Assembly (NCBI GenBank): GCA_052327205.1
Contig: CM126222.1
Location: 57,164,001 to 57,228,000 of the forward strand
Length of the DNA: 64,000 nt
Origin: Somniosus microcephalus
Lineage: Eukaryota
Reading direction: 5' to 3'
Shown here: positions 37,105 through 50,109 of the stretch, piece by piece
Layout: every line of letters begins with the position of its first letter
Numbering within the stretch: position 1 is the stretch's first letter
Position numbers and translations under genes: made by a program
Notes under the pieces: model-generated
Database searches by the model: none
Told to the model about the DNA's origin: nothing
What the model saw: the letters and a program-made list of their open reading frames with translations, nothing else

Positions 37105-39212
37105 GTGGATCCAGAATTCCTCAAAATCAACATGATAGGCAGCTGCTATAATGTGCGGTTGGTTCGTCCAGAGTCATGGTGGACCGGCTACTGAGTATAT
37201 TGTGGAGCAGTTTAAAAAAAAAAAAAAATTAAGTCCTTGTGCAGTAACTTGTACTGAGAGGAAAGGGACTGAAACAGAGAAGAGTTAGCTGGAGGATGTA
37301 TATAATTTAATGTTAGTGGTTAAAACCACAGCCAGGTGGTTTTATAGCTGCAGCAGAGATTGTTGTCATTGACACCAAAACATTTCAATATTTATAATGT
37401 GTAAGTGAACAGGTGTCAAACAAACACCAAGAGCTGAAGTGAATGTTCCATGGCATTATGTTTACTATAGACAGTGGTGGCTGAAGATTTTTTGATTCAC
37501 CAGTGGACCTTACACCCACCAGTCAAGTCAAATTCACCCCAGTTAGATTGAGAAATACAATATAATTGGGTGGACTTTGCTAAAATTCCATGTGGTTGAA
37601 GATTGCTTCTCTTTATCGTTTGATGTGTAAGGCTTCTCTTTTGGTGTTCATAACAATGTGGAAGGCATCGCCATGTAAATGTAATACGGTAGAACACAAA
37701 TGCACATTTGATAATTCACCAAAGAGTTTGATATGGAGCAGCTGTTTGTACATGAAACAAGCTGGTCAGCAATGAATAACTCCAGAATTTGCAGATGGTC
37801 CATAGATCAGATCTTCAGTTCAGTTCTATGTGAACTGATCCAAGCCAACATGTTCACACCATCCAGACAATTAATTCACTGTTCAAACCATGGCTCACTC
37901 AGATTTAGGGCCAAGCTTCAGTGTGGTTTCTAAACCCACACTGATCTGATATTTCAGGATCAGCTTGGCTCATTTGGTAGCATCCTTACCACAAGGTCAG
38001 CATGTTTTAGGTTTGAGCCCTTGCCAGGACTTGAAGGAATGCTGCACTGTCAGATTTGCAATGGTTTTATATCGGAAGCAAAGACTGTTGCCATTTATAC
38101 CAAAGTATCTCAATAAGATGAGATATTAAACTGAGATCCTGTCTGGCTGGATGTTAAATCAGTAGTGGGAAGACTGTAGGGTTGATGTTTCTGGAAGGAT
38201 GCAATCATATGGACTGAAGGGTTTTCTTCATCTGAATCTATCTTGTGAATTAGATCAATGCTATTTCGTTTTTAGGTTTCTGAATTTAACCATTTTAGGA
38301 CTACTAGGATTCAGGTGATAGTAAAGGATCAACTGGGAGTTTTGAATTATTTAGTGCAAGTGGGGTAGCTCAGAAAACCAAACCTGTAGCATCTTCACAG
38401 AAGAAATCTGAATCCAAATTTGAAATCTGGAAATTGATGAACTGGAGTTCCAAATCAGTAATTTGGATTTCCACGATACTCCAACCGGGATCCCAATGAT
38501 GCAGTCTGGACTCAAGTGTCACAGTTCAATCAGGGCAGACTGTTGGTTGATTTGCCAGTTTTTCTATAATTTTGTACTGGAGATTTGCACTTGGGAAGAG
38601 GGATGTACACTTGCTACGGACCAAGGTGCACTTGTTTCTCTTCCAAAACTGAGTCCCAAAAACATTTTTTTCATTAAACTTTATTTTCGCCTTCTGCCCA
38701 CATTTTTTTGTTACCAATTAAGAATGTAAACGTTGGATTTTCTAAAAGTTAAAAAAAAAAGTTTTTATGGGGTTTTCTGTTTAAAATGTTTTTAAAAGCC
38801 TTGTGAAATTCCAACAGTTACATAAGTGCAAGTTATTCTTCAAGTTGAATATACTTATATAAAACAGATTAGGAGGCCCATGTCGAAACCTATAATGAAG
38901 CTTAAACTCCATTACTCAGCACTCCACCAGGAGATCCTCTGGGCAATCTACATCAAATTCCATGAATTCCAGTCCCAGATTAGCCTGAAATTACATGGTG
39001 GAACCTCTCAAAGGCATGCTGTTTCTCTGTTTGTACATGCAGTGACTGATCTCAAGTACTTCAAAATGCATTCTTTTAAATTGCAAGCCAGGAATCATGA
39101 TAAATGACATATGTTACATCACACATTGAGTATGTTGGTGTGCTGTAAAAAAGAACATAGCAAGGGACTGTAAATAATCAAAGACTTTACAGAATGGTTG
39201 CTATTGACACTC

Positions 39213-39630
39213 AACAACAACAACAAGTATTTATATAACGCCTTTAATGTAGTAAAACGTCCCAAGGCACTTCACAGGAGTATTATAAGACCAAAAATTT
39301 GACACTGAGCCACATGAGGAGAAATTAGGGCTGGTGGCCAAAAGCCTGGTCAAAGAGGTGGGTTTTAAGGAGCGTCTTAAAGGAGGAACAAGAGGTTGAG
39401 AGGCGGAGAGGTTTAGGGAGGGAATTACAGAGCTTAGGGCCTAGGCAGCAGAAGGCATGGCCACCAATAGTTGAACGATTAAAATCAGGGATGCTCAAGA
39501 GGGCAGAATTAGAGGAGCGCAGATATCTCTTTGGGGGGGGGGGGCGGGGAGCGTGACGGAGTTGTGCGGCTGAAGGAAATTACAGAGATAGGGAGGGGCG
39601 AGGCCATGGAGGGATTTGAAAACAAGGATG
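39213..39630 (-). mobile_element. L2 LINE 3' end
   Basis: Near-identical to 1609-1970 (aacaacaacaagtatttatataacgcctttaatgtag...). Confidence 0.85.
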
Positions 39631-40394
39631 ATCCAATAACAGTAATCAATTATTACAGTTTCATATGAAAGACCTGTTCTTCTGCTGGTTTTGTGTCAAC
39701 GTAGAGCAGTTTCAGACATGCATTGATTCGCAATGGGTAGTATAACTTGGGATTTAGGTTGCTGATTTGACTGCGTGGTGACGCAAGCTGTGAGAATACC
39801 TCCAGGAAGTAGTTTCACATCATTTGGGTTTTGCATCGGGTGCAGTATGACTGCAGTTCCCAGATGGGACAGAGGGTGGAGAGAAAGCAGTTGTTCGTGT
39901 TGCCCATATTAAAGTAAAATATGGAAGATCCAATCTTAGCAGCAGCAACTGTGAACTTTTTATCTCTTTTATTGGTGCCTTTTGAGCTTCTGGTAACTAA
40001 CTTTTGAAAGCATCTATAGCCCTATGCCTAATTTCAACAGCAAAGTCTAATAGTTCAGGTGACATATAATCATCAGCTAGAACATATAATTATTCAAGGC
40101 CACAGTATAAATGGTGACGCCTTTTGCATTACTTTTGTTTAAAAACAAGCCACAGCTGCATTGTTTTTCCATTGTCAGTCCCCTGGGTTACCACTGGTAA
40201 TCCTGTATAAACAGAAAATTACCATCTTATTTACAGATTCATGTCCTTGATAGTATGGTAGTAAGTCATTATTAATATTACTTATCAAGGAGTTACTCAT
40301 TCTATTTTTTGAAAATTAATTTGAAGACAACTCTAAGAGCTGCCGATATTCCCCAGAATCCGCTCTTAACTACTTCACAGCAAATAAATTCCAA

Positions 40395-40461
40395 ATGGCT
40401 TTCAATGGAAAGTACGAACTGGAGAGTCAGGAAAACTTCGAACAACTCATGAAAGCTCTGG
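40395..40461 (+). CDS. FABP1: FABP1-like fatty acid-binding protein, coding exon 1 (MAFNGKYELESQENFEQLMKALG)
   Basis: ATG at 40395, 67 coding nt, phase-1 donor G|gtaagt. Carries the GKY..xSQENF signature of the FABP1/6/10 subfamily. Confidence 0.93.
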
Positions 40462-42841
40462 GTAAGTTTAAACTGCACCTTCCTTTATTTTGTGTTTAAA
40501 TGCCTTTGTGCTGGGCATAAATCAATCGATACAATTGGCAATTAGCTGCTGAAAAGCTGTTCCCATTTGGGCGAAAATGAAAAGGCTGAATAGCAGCTCA
40601 CTTACCTGATTTAAAGATTTGTGTTGCACTTTGTTTTTCTTCTCTGATTTTTTTTGTTGCGAGGTGCTGCATTAGGATGTTGTACTGGAGTCGAAGCAAG
40701 AAACCAAGCTTGTCCTTATTCTGTAGGGCAATAGGTACTTTGAAAATATGTTTTCAGATTGGCACAGTTATCCATGTTACTTGGCACATGTGTAAATATT
40801 GATTTGTAGAATCACATGAAGGAGCTGCATTTGACCAGGAAAGCTGAAAATTGTATGCTTTGTTGTACAGGATACTGAAGAGTTGAGCAAAACTGTTTCG
40901 AGGGTACCAGCCAGAAAACAAAATGGAGGGGACTTTGAACTGTAACTTCACAATCTTCAAAACTCTGTAATGCAACAAAGTTTTTCACTAAATGATCCAG
41001 CAAAGGGTTGAATATGAATTACAGCACAAGGTGTTTTTTTGTTACCTCACCATTTTATATCTCAGTACCCTAATTGTGATTAAATATCAAAAAAAGAAAT
41101 GCATGATAAGAACCCCGATATATTGGCTCAATTCTTGAATCCCTTCTAACCAATTTCTATGCCATCTCTTTTTGTTGTTTAATCCCCTTCAACTACATCT
41201 ACTTAGTTTCTTTGTCTTTGTCTAGCTAAAAACTCAAGCAGTCAATCATCCAACTTCACATTCTTTGTGCAAATCTGACTTAATATTAGATTTTGTCTGT
41301 CAGGTTAGCAACAATAACAACACTGTACCATATTACTGTACCATTTATTTGGTTCATCATATTTCAGCTTTTCAGTATTTTCCATATAGATGAACAATTT
41401 CTATTTTTTGCTTAAAGTTTTTCCCCAATTAATAACTACAGCAGAGTTCCTTTGTTTCCCGACAGTTTTCAGAAGGAAAATACATTTAATAGTATACTGC
41501 TCTTTAATCATAAAAGTGCTTACCACCACAAAAAAGTCATATGCATCAATGGTGTAGCATGTTGCAGCACAAAGACATGGCAGCATGCAAATGGCGGGAC
41601 CCAGGTTAAATCCCTCTGTACTAAGTTCCTGCACTCGGCGACATCGCTATGGGGAAGTGCTGAATGGAGGCCTTCCGAGAAGAGAGAAAATTAGAGGGAG
41701 AAGCCAATGCCATGTAATTCCTAGCAGCAGGTACACAGCAGCATTGCCTTCGGGTGATGTATAACATGAGAGGACCAGGGGAGAAAAATGGGGAGAATAT
41801 TAGAGGGAGATTAGACTGAATTTAATTTTTTTTTAAAAAAGACAATAGTTGCAACAGTATTTTATAAATGATTGCACCAAACATCATATGTGTTTGTGAC
41901 AAAATCTGTAAGGGATTATGGAAAATGTTTAGATGACAAATTAAGCAGTGCTGGTGCACCTGCCCCACCTTACCAAAGAAAACAACAAACTATTTACATC
42001 CTAGAGCCCTGAAAGATCCTTATAATGGGAATGGAGTAAATAATTCAAATTATGGGGGTGGAATAGATCCTTACAATGGGTTTAAGCTAGATTGTTGTTG
42101 ACGACAGTGAACAGCCTGGCTTTGTATTTTGTAACATGTACGTATATTCTATATTGTGAGAATTTGCCCCAGTCATAATGCTAATGCCAGTCTTGTTTTA
42201 TATCTGAAGTGTTGCACTTATACAGTGCTGTATGAAACTGAATCAAAAAAGCTTATATTTCCATAAAGCAACTCATGGTAAATTTCAGCAGGGTTGTGTC
42301 TGTATGTGCGCAACCTTTGTCCCCATTTTGAAATTTACTTTCTTGCCTTCACTCTTATTCTCCTAGGACCGTACACAGGGTCTGTCAGCATCAGGGAAAT
42401 GTTAGGAGCGACAACTGTGACCAAACAAGAGTGACGCAAATTTCAAACTTATTTTAAATATTAGGAGCTGTGTTCATTTTTAACAAGTGACCTGCACCAA
42501 TCTATTCTGCATTTGTAAAACAAATTAGGTGATGTCACTCCTACAGGCACATGGCCTGCAGCCCTTCCTCTGTCAATACTGTTCTTAATTCAGCCAATAG
42601 GAACGTGCAACCTGGAGTGACTCTCTGCCTCCCTGTTTTCAAGTGTCTGACTTCCTGTGATAAAACGGAGGAGATCAGGAATTTGTCTTGTGTTTGTACT
42701 GAGTCACAGAGCAAAATGGTCGCAATGGGGAAACATCTTCTGTTTGACTTTTACTTGAGGACTAGGGGACTCCTATGGTTAGGGGACTCCTTTTACCATG
42801 GAAAATATTGAATTATTTGTACATTTGTTTTTATTTGCTAG

Positions 42842-43014
42842 GATTCTCGAATTATATCATTATGAAATATAAAAACATAAGCAGCGTCGTTGAATTTATT
42901 CAAAATGGGAATTCGTTTAAATTCATTTATAATTTCGGCAGCAGAGTGATTACAAATGAATTCACCATTGGACAAGAGAGTGAGTTTGTGACTTTCACAG
43001 GGCACAGAGTCAAG
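42842..43014 (+). CDS. FABP1: FABP1-like coding exon 2
   Basis: Acceptor tttgctag, 173 nt, donor AAG|gtaaga. Encodes FSNYIIMKYKNISSVVEFIQNGNSFKFIYNFGSRVITNEFTIGQESEFVTFTGHRVK. Confidence 0.93.
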
Positions 43015-43062
43015 GTAAGAATGCTCGATTTTTGTAGAGGTATACGAAAATAATTTTTTAAA

Positions 43063-44893
43063 AGGGCGATCCTGCAATCAACACACCAGATCAAAGCTCT
43101 GCAGTCCTGCCACATCCAGTCGTGAATGGTGGTGGATCATTAATCAACTAAAGGGAGGCGGCGGCTCCATGAATATCCCCATCCTCAATGATGGTGGAGC
43201 CCAGCACGCGAGTGCAAAAGACAAGGCTGAAGCGTTTGCAACCATCTTCAGCCAGAAGTGCCGAGTGGATGATCCATATCGGCCTCCTCCTGAGGTCCCC
43301 ACCACCACAGAAGCCAGTCTTCAGCCAATTTGATTCACTCCACGTGATATCAAGAAACGGCTGAGCGCACTGGATACAGCAAAGGCTGTGGGCCCCGACA
43401 ACATCCTGGCTGTCGTGCTGAAGACTTGTGCTCCAGAACTAGCCGTGCCTTTATCCGACAATGTGGAAAACTGCCCAGGTATGTCCTGTCCACAAAAAGC
43501 GGGACAAATCCAATCCGGCCAATTACCGCCCCGTCAGTCTACTCTCAATCATCAGCAAAGTGATGGAAGGTGTCGTCGACAGTACTGTCAAGCAGCACTT
43601 ACTCACCAATAACCTGCTCACTGATGCCCAGTTTGGGTTCCGCCAGGACCACTTGGCTCCAGACCTCATTACAGCCTTGGTCCAAACAAGGACAGAAGAG
43701 CTGAATTCCAGACGTGAGGTGAGAGTGACTGCCCTTGACATCAAGGCAGCATTTGACCCGAGTCTGGCATCAAGGAGCCCTAGTAAAACTGAAGTCAATG
43801 GGAATCGGGGGGGAAAACTCTCCACTGGCTGGAGTCATACCTAGCACAAAGGAAGATGGTTGTGGTGGTTGGAGGTCAATCGTCACAGCCCCAGGACATC
43901 GCTGCAGGAGTTCCTCAGGGCAGTATCCTAGGCCCAACCATCTTCAGCTGCTACATCAATGACCTTTCCTCCATGATAAAGTCAGAAGTGGGGATGTTCG
44001 CTGATGACTGCACAGTGCTCGGTGTCATTCGCAACTCCTCAGATAATGAAGCAGTCCATGCCTGCATGCAGCAAGACCTGGACGACATTCAGGTTTGAGC
44101 TGATAAGTGACAGGTAACAATCGCACCACACAAGTGCCAGGCAATGACTATCTAACAAGCGAGCGTCTAACCACCGCCCCTCGACATTCAACAGCATTAC
44201 CATCGCCGAATCCCCCACCATCAATATCCTGGGGGTCACCATTAAGCAGAAACTTAACTGGACCAGCCATATAAATACTGTGGTAACAAGAGCAGGTCAG
44301 AGGCTGGGTATTCTGCGGTGAGTGTCTCACCTCCTGACTCCCCAAAGCCTTTCCACCATGGTGTGTGATGGAATACTCTCCACTTGCCTGGATGAGTGCA
44401 GCTCCAACAACACTCAAGAAGCTCGACACCATCCAGGACAAAGCAGCCCGCTTGATTGGCACCCCATCCACCACCTTAAACATTCACTCCCTCCACCACT
44501 GGCATACCGTGGCTGCAGTGTGTACCATCTACAAGATGCATTGCAGCAACTCGCCAAGGCTTCTTCGGCAACACCTCCCAAACCCGCGACCTCTACCACC
44601 TAGAAGGACAAGGACAGCAGGCGCATGGGAACACCACCACCTCCAAGTTCCCCTCCAAGTCACACACCATCCTGACTTGGAAGTATATCGCCGATTCTTC
44701 ATCATCGCTGGGTCAAAATCCTGGAACTCCCTCCCTAACAGCACTGTGGGAGCACCTTCACCACATGGACTGCAGCAGTTCAAGTAGGTGGCTCACCACC
44801 ACCTTCTCGAGGGCAACTAGGAATGGGCAATAAATGCTGGTCTTGCCAGCGACGCCCACATCCCATGAACAATTAAAAAAAAAAAAAAAAAAA
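43063..44893 (+). mobile_element. 5'-truncated CR1-group LINE with disrupted RT and poly(A) tail, in FABP1 intron 2
   Basis: RT motifs NYRPVSLLSIISKVME, QFGFR, LDIKAAFD, GVPQGSILGP and MFADD split by frameshifts/stops. AATAAA at 44829 and an A-run at 44875-44893. Confidence 0.92.
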
Positions 44894-45504
44894 TCAGTCT
44901 ATTAAGCCAACTCCTTCCAACAGTCCATGTGTAAATCTCAGTGTCTGAGGCGCTCTCTCATGTATTTAGTCTTCTGTAGGAGGCACAGAACCACAGATAA
45001 AATTTCCAAAAACACAAAGTGTTTATTTTTGTTTCCATGAAGCCCAATAATTTGGTTAAATTCTGTTTAACACTATCCACCCTGGCCAGTTGCATTGGTT
45101 CGATCAAGTCTGGGGCAAGAGTTCCATGGTGTATTTGGTTACCTATATCGGTAATTATCTCTCTAATCTTTCATCTGTTTTTAATTAGATATTTTTCCAG
45201 CTTTACATTCTTCCATGATTCGTATTATTTGGAATTGTTAAACATGACCCATTTATCTTGTGCTTCATGCCTCTCTCTATAACACAGAGCAATCCTTTTG
45301 TGTAGAACTCCTCATGCACAATTTTAAGTACAATTAAAAAGCCCTGAAAATGTATACTGAAATGCATGGGTTTTTTTAATGAAAATTTCTGCTTAATATT
45401 TACATTGTGGAAAAACTAAAGGAATTCTACTTTTTTTGAGGCTGGGGCTATTTTTTGTCATTTCTATAAACTATTAAAAATAGTCTTGGGATTCCAAAAG
45501 TGCT

Positions 45505-45730
45505 AAAGAAAGACTTACATTTATATTCCGCTTTTCATGGCCGCAGGATGTCCCAAAGCACAGCTAATGAAGTAGGGAAATGCAGCAGCCAATTTGCACA
45601 CAGGAAGATCCCACAAACAGCAATGTGATAATGACCAGACATACTGTTTTTAGTGATGATGGTTGAGGGATAAATGTTGGGCAGGACACCGGGGAGAATG
45701 CCCCTGCTCCTCTTCGAAATAGTGGCATTT
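45505..45730 (-). mobile_element. DeuSINE 3' half
   Basis: aagaaagacttacatttatat...cccacaaacagcaatgtgataatgaccag...gggataaatgttgggcaggacaccggggaga. Confidence 0.75.
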
Positions 45731-46053
45731 GATTACAATGGGGCAGCACCTAACATTATGTGACAGCCTCAAACTGCACCCTCTGTAGCCCTTTCTGGGG
45801 GAAAGAAAATCCTATTTGCAGATTCCCAGAAACTGGCCATACAAACATTTCAAAGTCCAAAATAACCTGATTTATCAGAATATTTGAGACTTACCATATT
45901 AACCTTAAGGAGATGTTGAAAGAATTTACTGGCTTATCATAGTCTTTAGGCAGATGTACTGAAAATGGCCGCAGAGCTGAGGAATGGTAGACTCAGCAAG
46001 GAAGAGCACTGAAACACACTACATCTTCCAAACACCCCCGCACACCCACCACT

Positions 46054-46153
46054 GAGCGGCGGTCACGCCCCCCACCGCGCCGAGCGGCGGTCACGCCCCC
46101 CACCGCGCCGAGCGGCGGTCACGCCCCCCACCGCGCCGAGCGGCGGTCACGCC
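46054..46153. repeat. Perfect 28-bp GC-rich minisatellite, ~3.6 copies
   Basis: Unit gagcggcggtcacgccccccaccgcgcc starts at 46054, 46082, 46110 and 46138 (partial). Confidence 0.95.
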
Positions 46154-46923
46154 AGTCTACCCTTCCTCAATAAGCAGACATCAAGACAGCCTCCCATTGA
46201 GCACTGAATGTATGTACACCTGAAAGGCAGAGTAGTGATTCAGGTCATCTTGCCAAACTAAGGCAAGTAATGGATAGACGTTATTTTCACATCCTCAGCC
46301 AAGGTCATAGCCGCTCTCTTTCCCCATCTCCTGCAGTGAACAGTTTGGGCATAGATTACACCCCCAACTACCACCGAACAGAGATTGTAGCCCCCATTGC
46401 CTAGAGATTTTGAAACCCTTTGCCATTGCAATAGACTGTCTTGTTGCTGGCTGCTAAAAGAAACATTTAATGTTTTTTTACCATTGGCATTGTTGTGGGG
46501 CTGCAACAAATGCTGCATATTCTAAAAAGCATCAGATTGCCACAATATACTGGAAAATTGGCAGGCATATGGAAGTTACTGGAGTCTTTTTAACATTAAA
46601 TCTGTAACCTGCAGAACCAGTCCGAGGCTGGTACAAACTCTGCGCACACAACAAATGAAGGAGGCCTAAAGCCAAATGGAGCTTCACACCATCCCATGTA
46701 CACGGACTAGCTCATGAATGTTGTCAAGTATTGAGGCTAAAAGAAAGGATAAATCAGCAGCATAAGAAAATGCTGTTCTCTACCCTAGGATTGTTGCAGC
46801 CAGCACTAATGATTGGTTTTGTAAATTCTTCATGGATGATTGATAATATTGGGGACACTCCTTTTAAAAAAAATTTTTAAATCTTTTTGAAGAGATGTAC
46901 ATCATCCTGTTGTTTGGTTTTAG

Positions 46924-47016
46924 GCTTTGGCGAAGCTGGAAGGTGAAAATAAGCTTGTTGTCACAATGCAGGGACTGACTGCAGTCATGGAGCTGAATGG
47001 AAACAAAATGATTGAA
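46924..47016 (+). CDS. FABP1: FABP1-like coding exon 3
   Basis: Acceptor ggttttag, 93 nt, donor GAA|gtaagt. Encodes ALAKLEGENKLVVTMQGLTAVMELNGNKMIE, matching the FABP1 LEGDNKLV...ELNG pattern. Confidence 0.93.
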
Positions 47017-47645
47017 GTAAGTTACTGTTATTACTGGCACTGCTGCTGAAGGAGTTGGAGCTGCTCTTTGGGATTACTCAAAGTCTTATCAATGGCACGA
47101 TTCTGTGAGTGCCAGGAAATCTGATTACATTAGATTTCTGGAAACCTCTCTTTAAATCATGGACTTGAATATTCAGTTCTGAAGTTTAATTTAGTTATGT
47201 CCTGTATTTATGTGTCAAGTGAGTACATGTACACACAATCAATGTATGCATTTTAAAAACCAAAATAGAACAAAATAACATTTGAGCTCATTCCGTTATT
47301 ATAAGCTAAACTGGAGATCCTATCATTCTAGTTACTGAACCAGAACACAAATTACATGAAGACCACAGATACCTCACTCAGACCAGTAAAGAGTTATGAT
47401 GAATGTCTCAAATTACCTAAAATAACATGATCCATTAGCCTAGGGCCGAAGGTCATAAGCCCTGCTATAGGCATACTTAAATTCCCAAACTAGCTAAGCA
47501 ATGATGAACTTGATTCCAAATTAAAGGCTACAGATAATACTAACAGTCTATTGAATGGATATCTATATACAAACTGACACCTAAACTGATTAAAGAGCTT
47601 GTGTAGCCAGTGTGGCTGATGGCTAAACATTGGGGAAGACACCAT

Positions 47646-48411
47646 GGGGGTGATTTTGCCAATGGGGACGTGATGGAGGCGGGACTGCTGCTTGTCAGGT
47701 TTTAGTACCGCCTCCATCGACGTCCGGCCAACCCACGCTATTTTCCCTTGATTGACCTTGTTAAGCCCGCCCAGCGGGCTCAGCAGACCAATTAAGGGAA
47801 AACCGGTGACTGAGAACGTCAGCGTATGACGTTTCATCTGTCACAAATTTTTGACAGATGAATTGTCATCGTTTGACAGCTTTGAGAAGCTATCAAACAC
47901 TGACAATCTCTGTTCTTTGGTGAGTCCTTGTACTCGACTCACCAAACCTCTTTCGTGAGCAGAAATCAGAGAATGCAGCAGCCATTCTGTCATCTCTGCC
48001 GTGGAGGAAGAAGCAAAGGTAAGTAATCTTATTAAAACACTTTAGATTCGCCTCACACACTTACCACTTCACACGCACTCATCACTCACCTGCACACCGG
48101 ATATTTCAGCCCCTCCGACCCCCCGCAGACCCACGGCTTGCCTCGCTGACCCTGGAGAGGTTCAGAGCCGTCGGGAAGCCCACACTTTAGGGCTCAAAAT
48201 AGGGATTAGGCAAAAAACTACCTGTTAACTGGCACTAATCCCCTTCCCGCCTCGAGAAGGCGGGACCCGGCACGGGTCAGGTAACCGCCTCCTGGGAAAG
48301 TAGCACGGAGGCGGGTTGAGGGCGGGATGGGTACCCACCCCCAGATTCTACCATTTTCCCAGCGGTCCTGCCTCCATACCCGCCTCCCCAGGGCTGGGAA
48401 TATCGCCCCCC
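47646..48411. mobile_element. Harbinger-type MITE, inverted relative to 50284-51134
   Basis: Termini GGGGGTGATTTT / AATATCGCCCCC. The segment ttttcccttgattgaccttgttaagcccgcccagcgggctcagcag is the reverse complement of ~50995-51040. Confidence 0.75.
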
Positions 48412-48629
48412 CACCATGAGTAGGAAAGTTCTTCTGATATAATGGGGGCCATATTAACCCAACCCGCATGTTGGGAAGTTGATGGGATCAGGTGCAACGC
48501 TAGTTTTACAACCCGCCCGATTTTACTCTCTACTGAAAAATCTTGCACAAACATTCTCTAATATTTATCACAAAAGTACAGGTACAAAGCTATTTTGAAT
48601 TGGCGGTTCCTAGGCTGACTGGATATATT

Positions 48630-50057
48630 GAGCTGAATTTTCAGGCCTCCAGTCCAGTAGAAACGAGGCGAAAACAGTCTGAAAGTGGATTGTAAGAACT
48701 TACTGCTCTGTTACTGTCGGAGCGGTGGCCGTTGCAATTTTGCTAGGGTCCTACGAGCACGGGACCCAAGCTGCCGCCTGAACAGGGTGCCCATCTGATT
48801 TGAAATATTTAAATAGGGTTCCTATGACGTCAATGGGACACCAATGCCAATTTTGGACTGAACTGGGCAGAGCTTGCGCTGCGCACTCTCCGCCCAGTAT
48901 CAGCTGGGGAGACAAAAGGTAAGTTAGACTTTATTTTTGTGGGTCTGGGAGGAGCAGGAGTGGGGCCGCTGCCACTGCATCCCCCCACCTCCAGAGATTG
49001 GGGCCTCCCAGGAACCTACAGATGCAGATGCAGTATAATGTGGATAAATGCAAAGTTATCCACTTTGGTGGCAAAAACAGGAAGGCAGATTATTATCTGA
49101 ACGGCACTAGATTGGGAGAAGGGGAAGTGCAACGAGACCTGGGTGTCCTTGTGCACCAGTCGCTGAAGGTAAGCATGCAGGTGCAGCAGGCGGTTAAGAA
49201 AGCAAATAGTATGTTGGCCTTCATAGTGAGAGGGTTCAAGTACAGGAACAAGGATGTCTTGCTGCAGTTGTACAGGGCCTTGGTGAGACCACATCTTGAG
49301 TATTGTGTGCAATTTTGGTCGCCTTATCTGAGGAAGGATGTTCTTGCCATGGAGGGAGTGCAGCGAAGATTCACCAGACTGATACCTGGGATGGCAGGAA
49401 TGACGTATGAGGAGAGATTGGATCGATTGGGCTTATACTCGCTGGAGTTTAGAAGAATGAGAGGGGATCTTATTGAAACTTATAAAATTCTGACAGGACT
49501 GGACAGACTAGATGCAGGAAGGATGTTTCCGATGGCGGGGGAGTCCAGAACCAGGGGTCACAGTCTAAGGATAAGGGGTAAGCCATTTAGGACTGAGATG
49601 AGGAGGAATTTCTTCACCCAGAGAGTGGTGAACCTGTGGAATTCTCTACCACAGAAGGCAGTCGAGGCCAATTCATTAAATATATTCAAGAAGGAGTTAT
49701 ATATATTTCTTAAGGCTAAAGGGATCAAGGGATATGGGGAGAAGGCAGGGACAAGGTACTGAGTTTGGATGATCAGCCATGATCTCATTGAATGGCGGAG
49801 CAGGCTCGAGGGGCTGAATGGCCTACTCCTGCTCCTATCTTCTATGTTTCTATATGTTTCTACCTTCTGGCCCGGAGGTTGGCTAGACCACTTGATTCTG
49901 TGGTGGCCCAGAGTCAGCAGGCTGTCCCGGGGTGCTCGATTTCTGGCCGCAGTCCATCAGCCCAATACTAATGAGACTCGATCCTCAAAATGGACCAGCT
50001 TCTCACAAGCTCCGCTGGCTAGCCACCCAAAGTCTGCTCTGGGAGAAAATCGACCCC
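48630..50057. mobile_element. Harbinger-type MITE interrupted by a young CR1
   Basis: Termini GAGCTGAATTTT / AAAATCGACCCC with 3-bp TSD ATT (48627-48629, 50058-50060). Confidence 0.65.
49020..49862 (+). mobile_element. Young 5'-truncated CR1 (HER1-like) LINE
   Basis: Uninterrupted ORF to 49762 (QMQYNVDKCKVIHFG...LYRALVRPHLEYCVQFWSP...FFTQRVVNLWNSLP) and a (tctatgtt)n tail. Confidence 0.92.
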
Positions 50058-50109
50058 ATTGTTTTTCTTAACATAAGTGATTCTATCCAATTAAATTGTT
50101 AAATATCAT

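Noticed and set aside
39921-39992. Hydrophobic upstream ORF (MEDPILAAATVNFLSLLLVPFELL, then gtaact) as a signal-peptide exon for a secreted FABP
   Set aside because: Its phase-0 donor would be out of frame with the FABP ATG via the 40381 acceptor, with or without the 40238 mini-exon. There is no other support.
46054-46153. 28-bp repeat as a CRISPR-like array
   Set aside because: The units are head-to-tail with no spacers, in a vertebrate intron, with no cas genes.
48998-49762. 254-aa ORF as a host gene
   Set aside because: It is the C-terminal RT region of a truncated CR1 LINE, with its start supplied by flanking MITE sequence.
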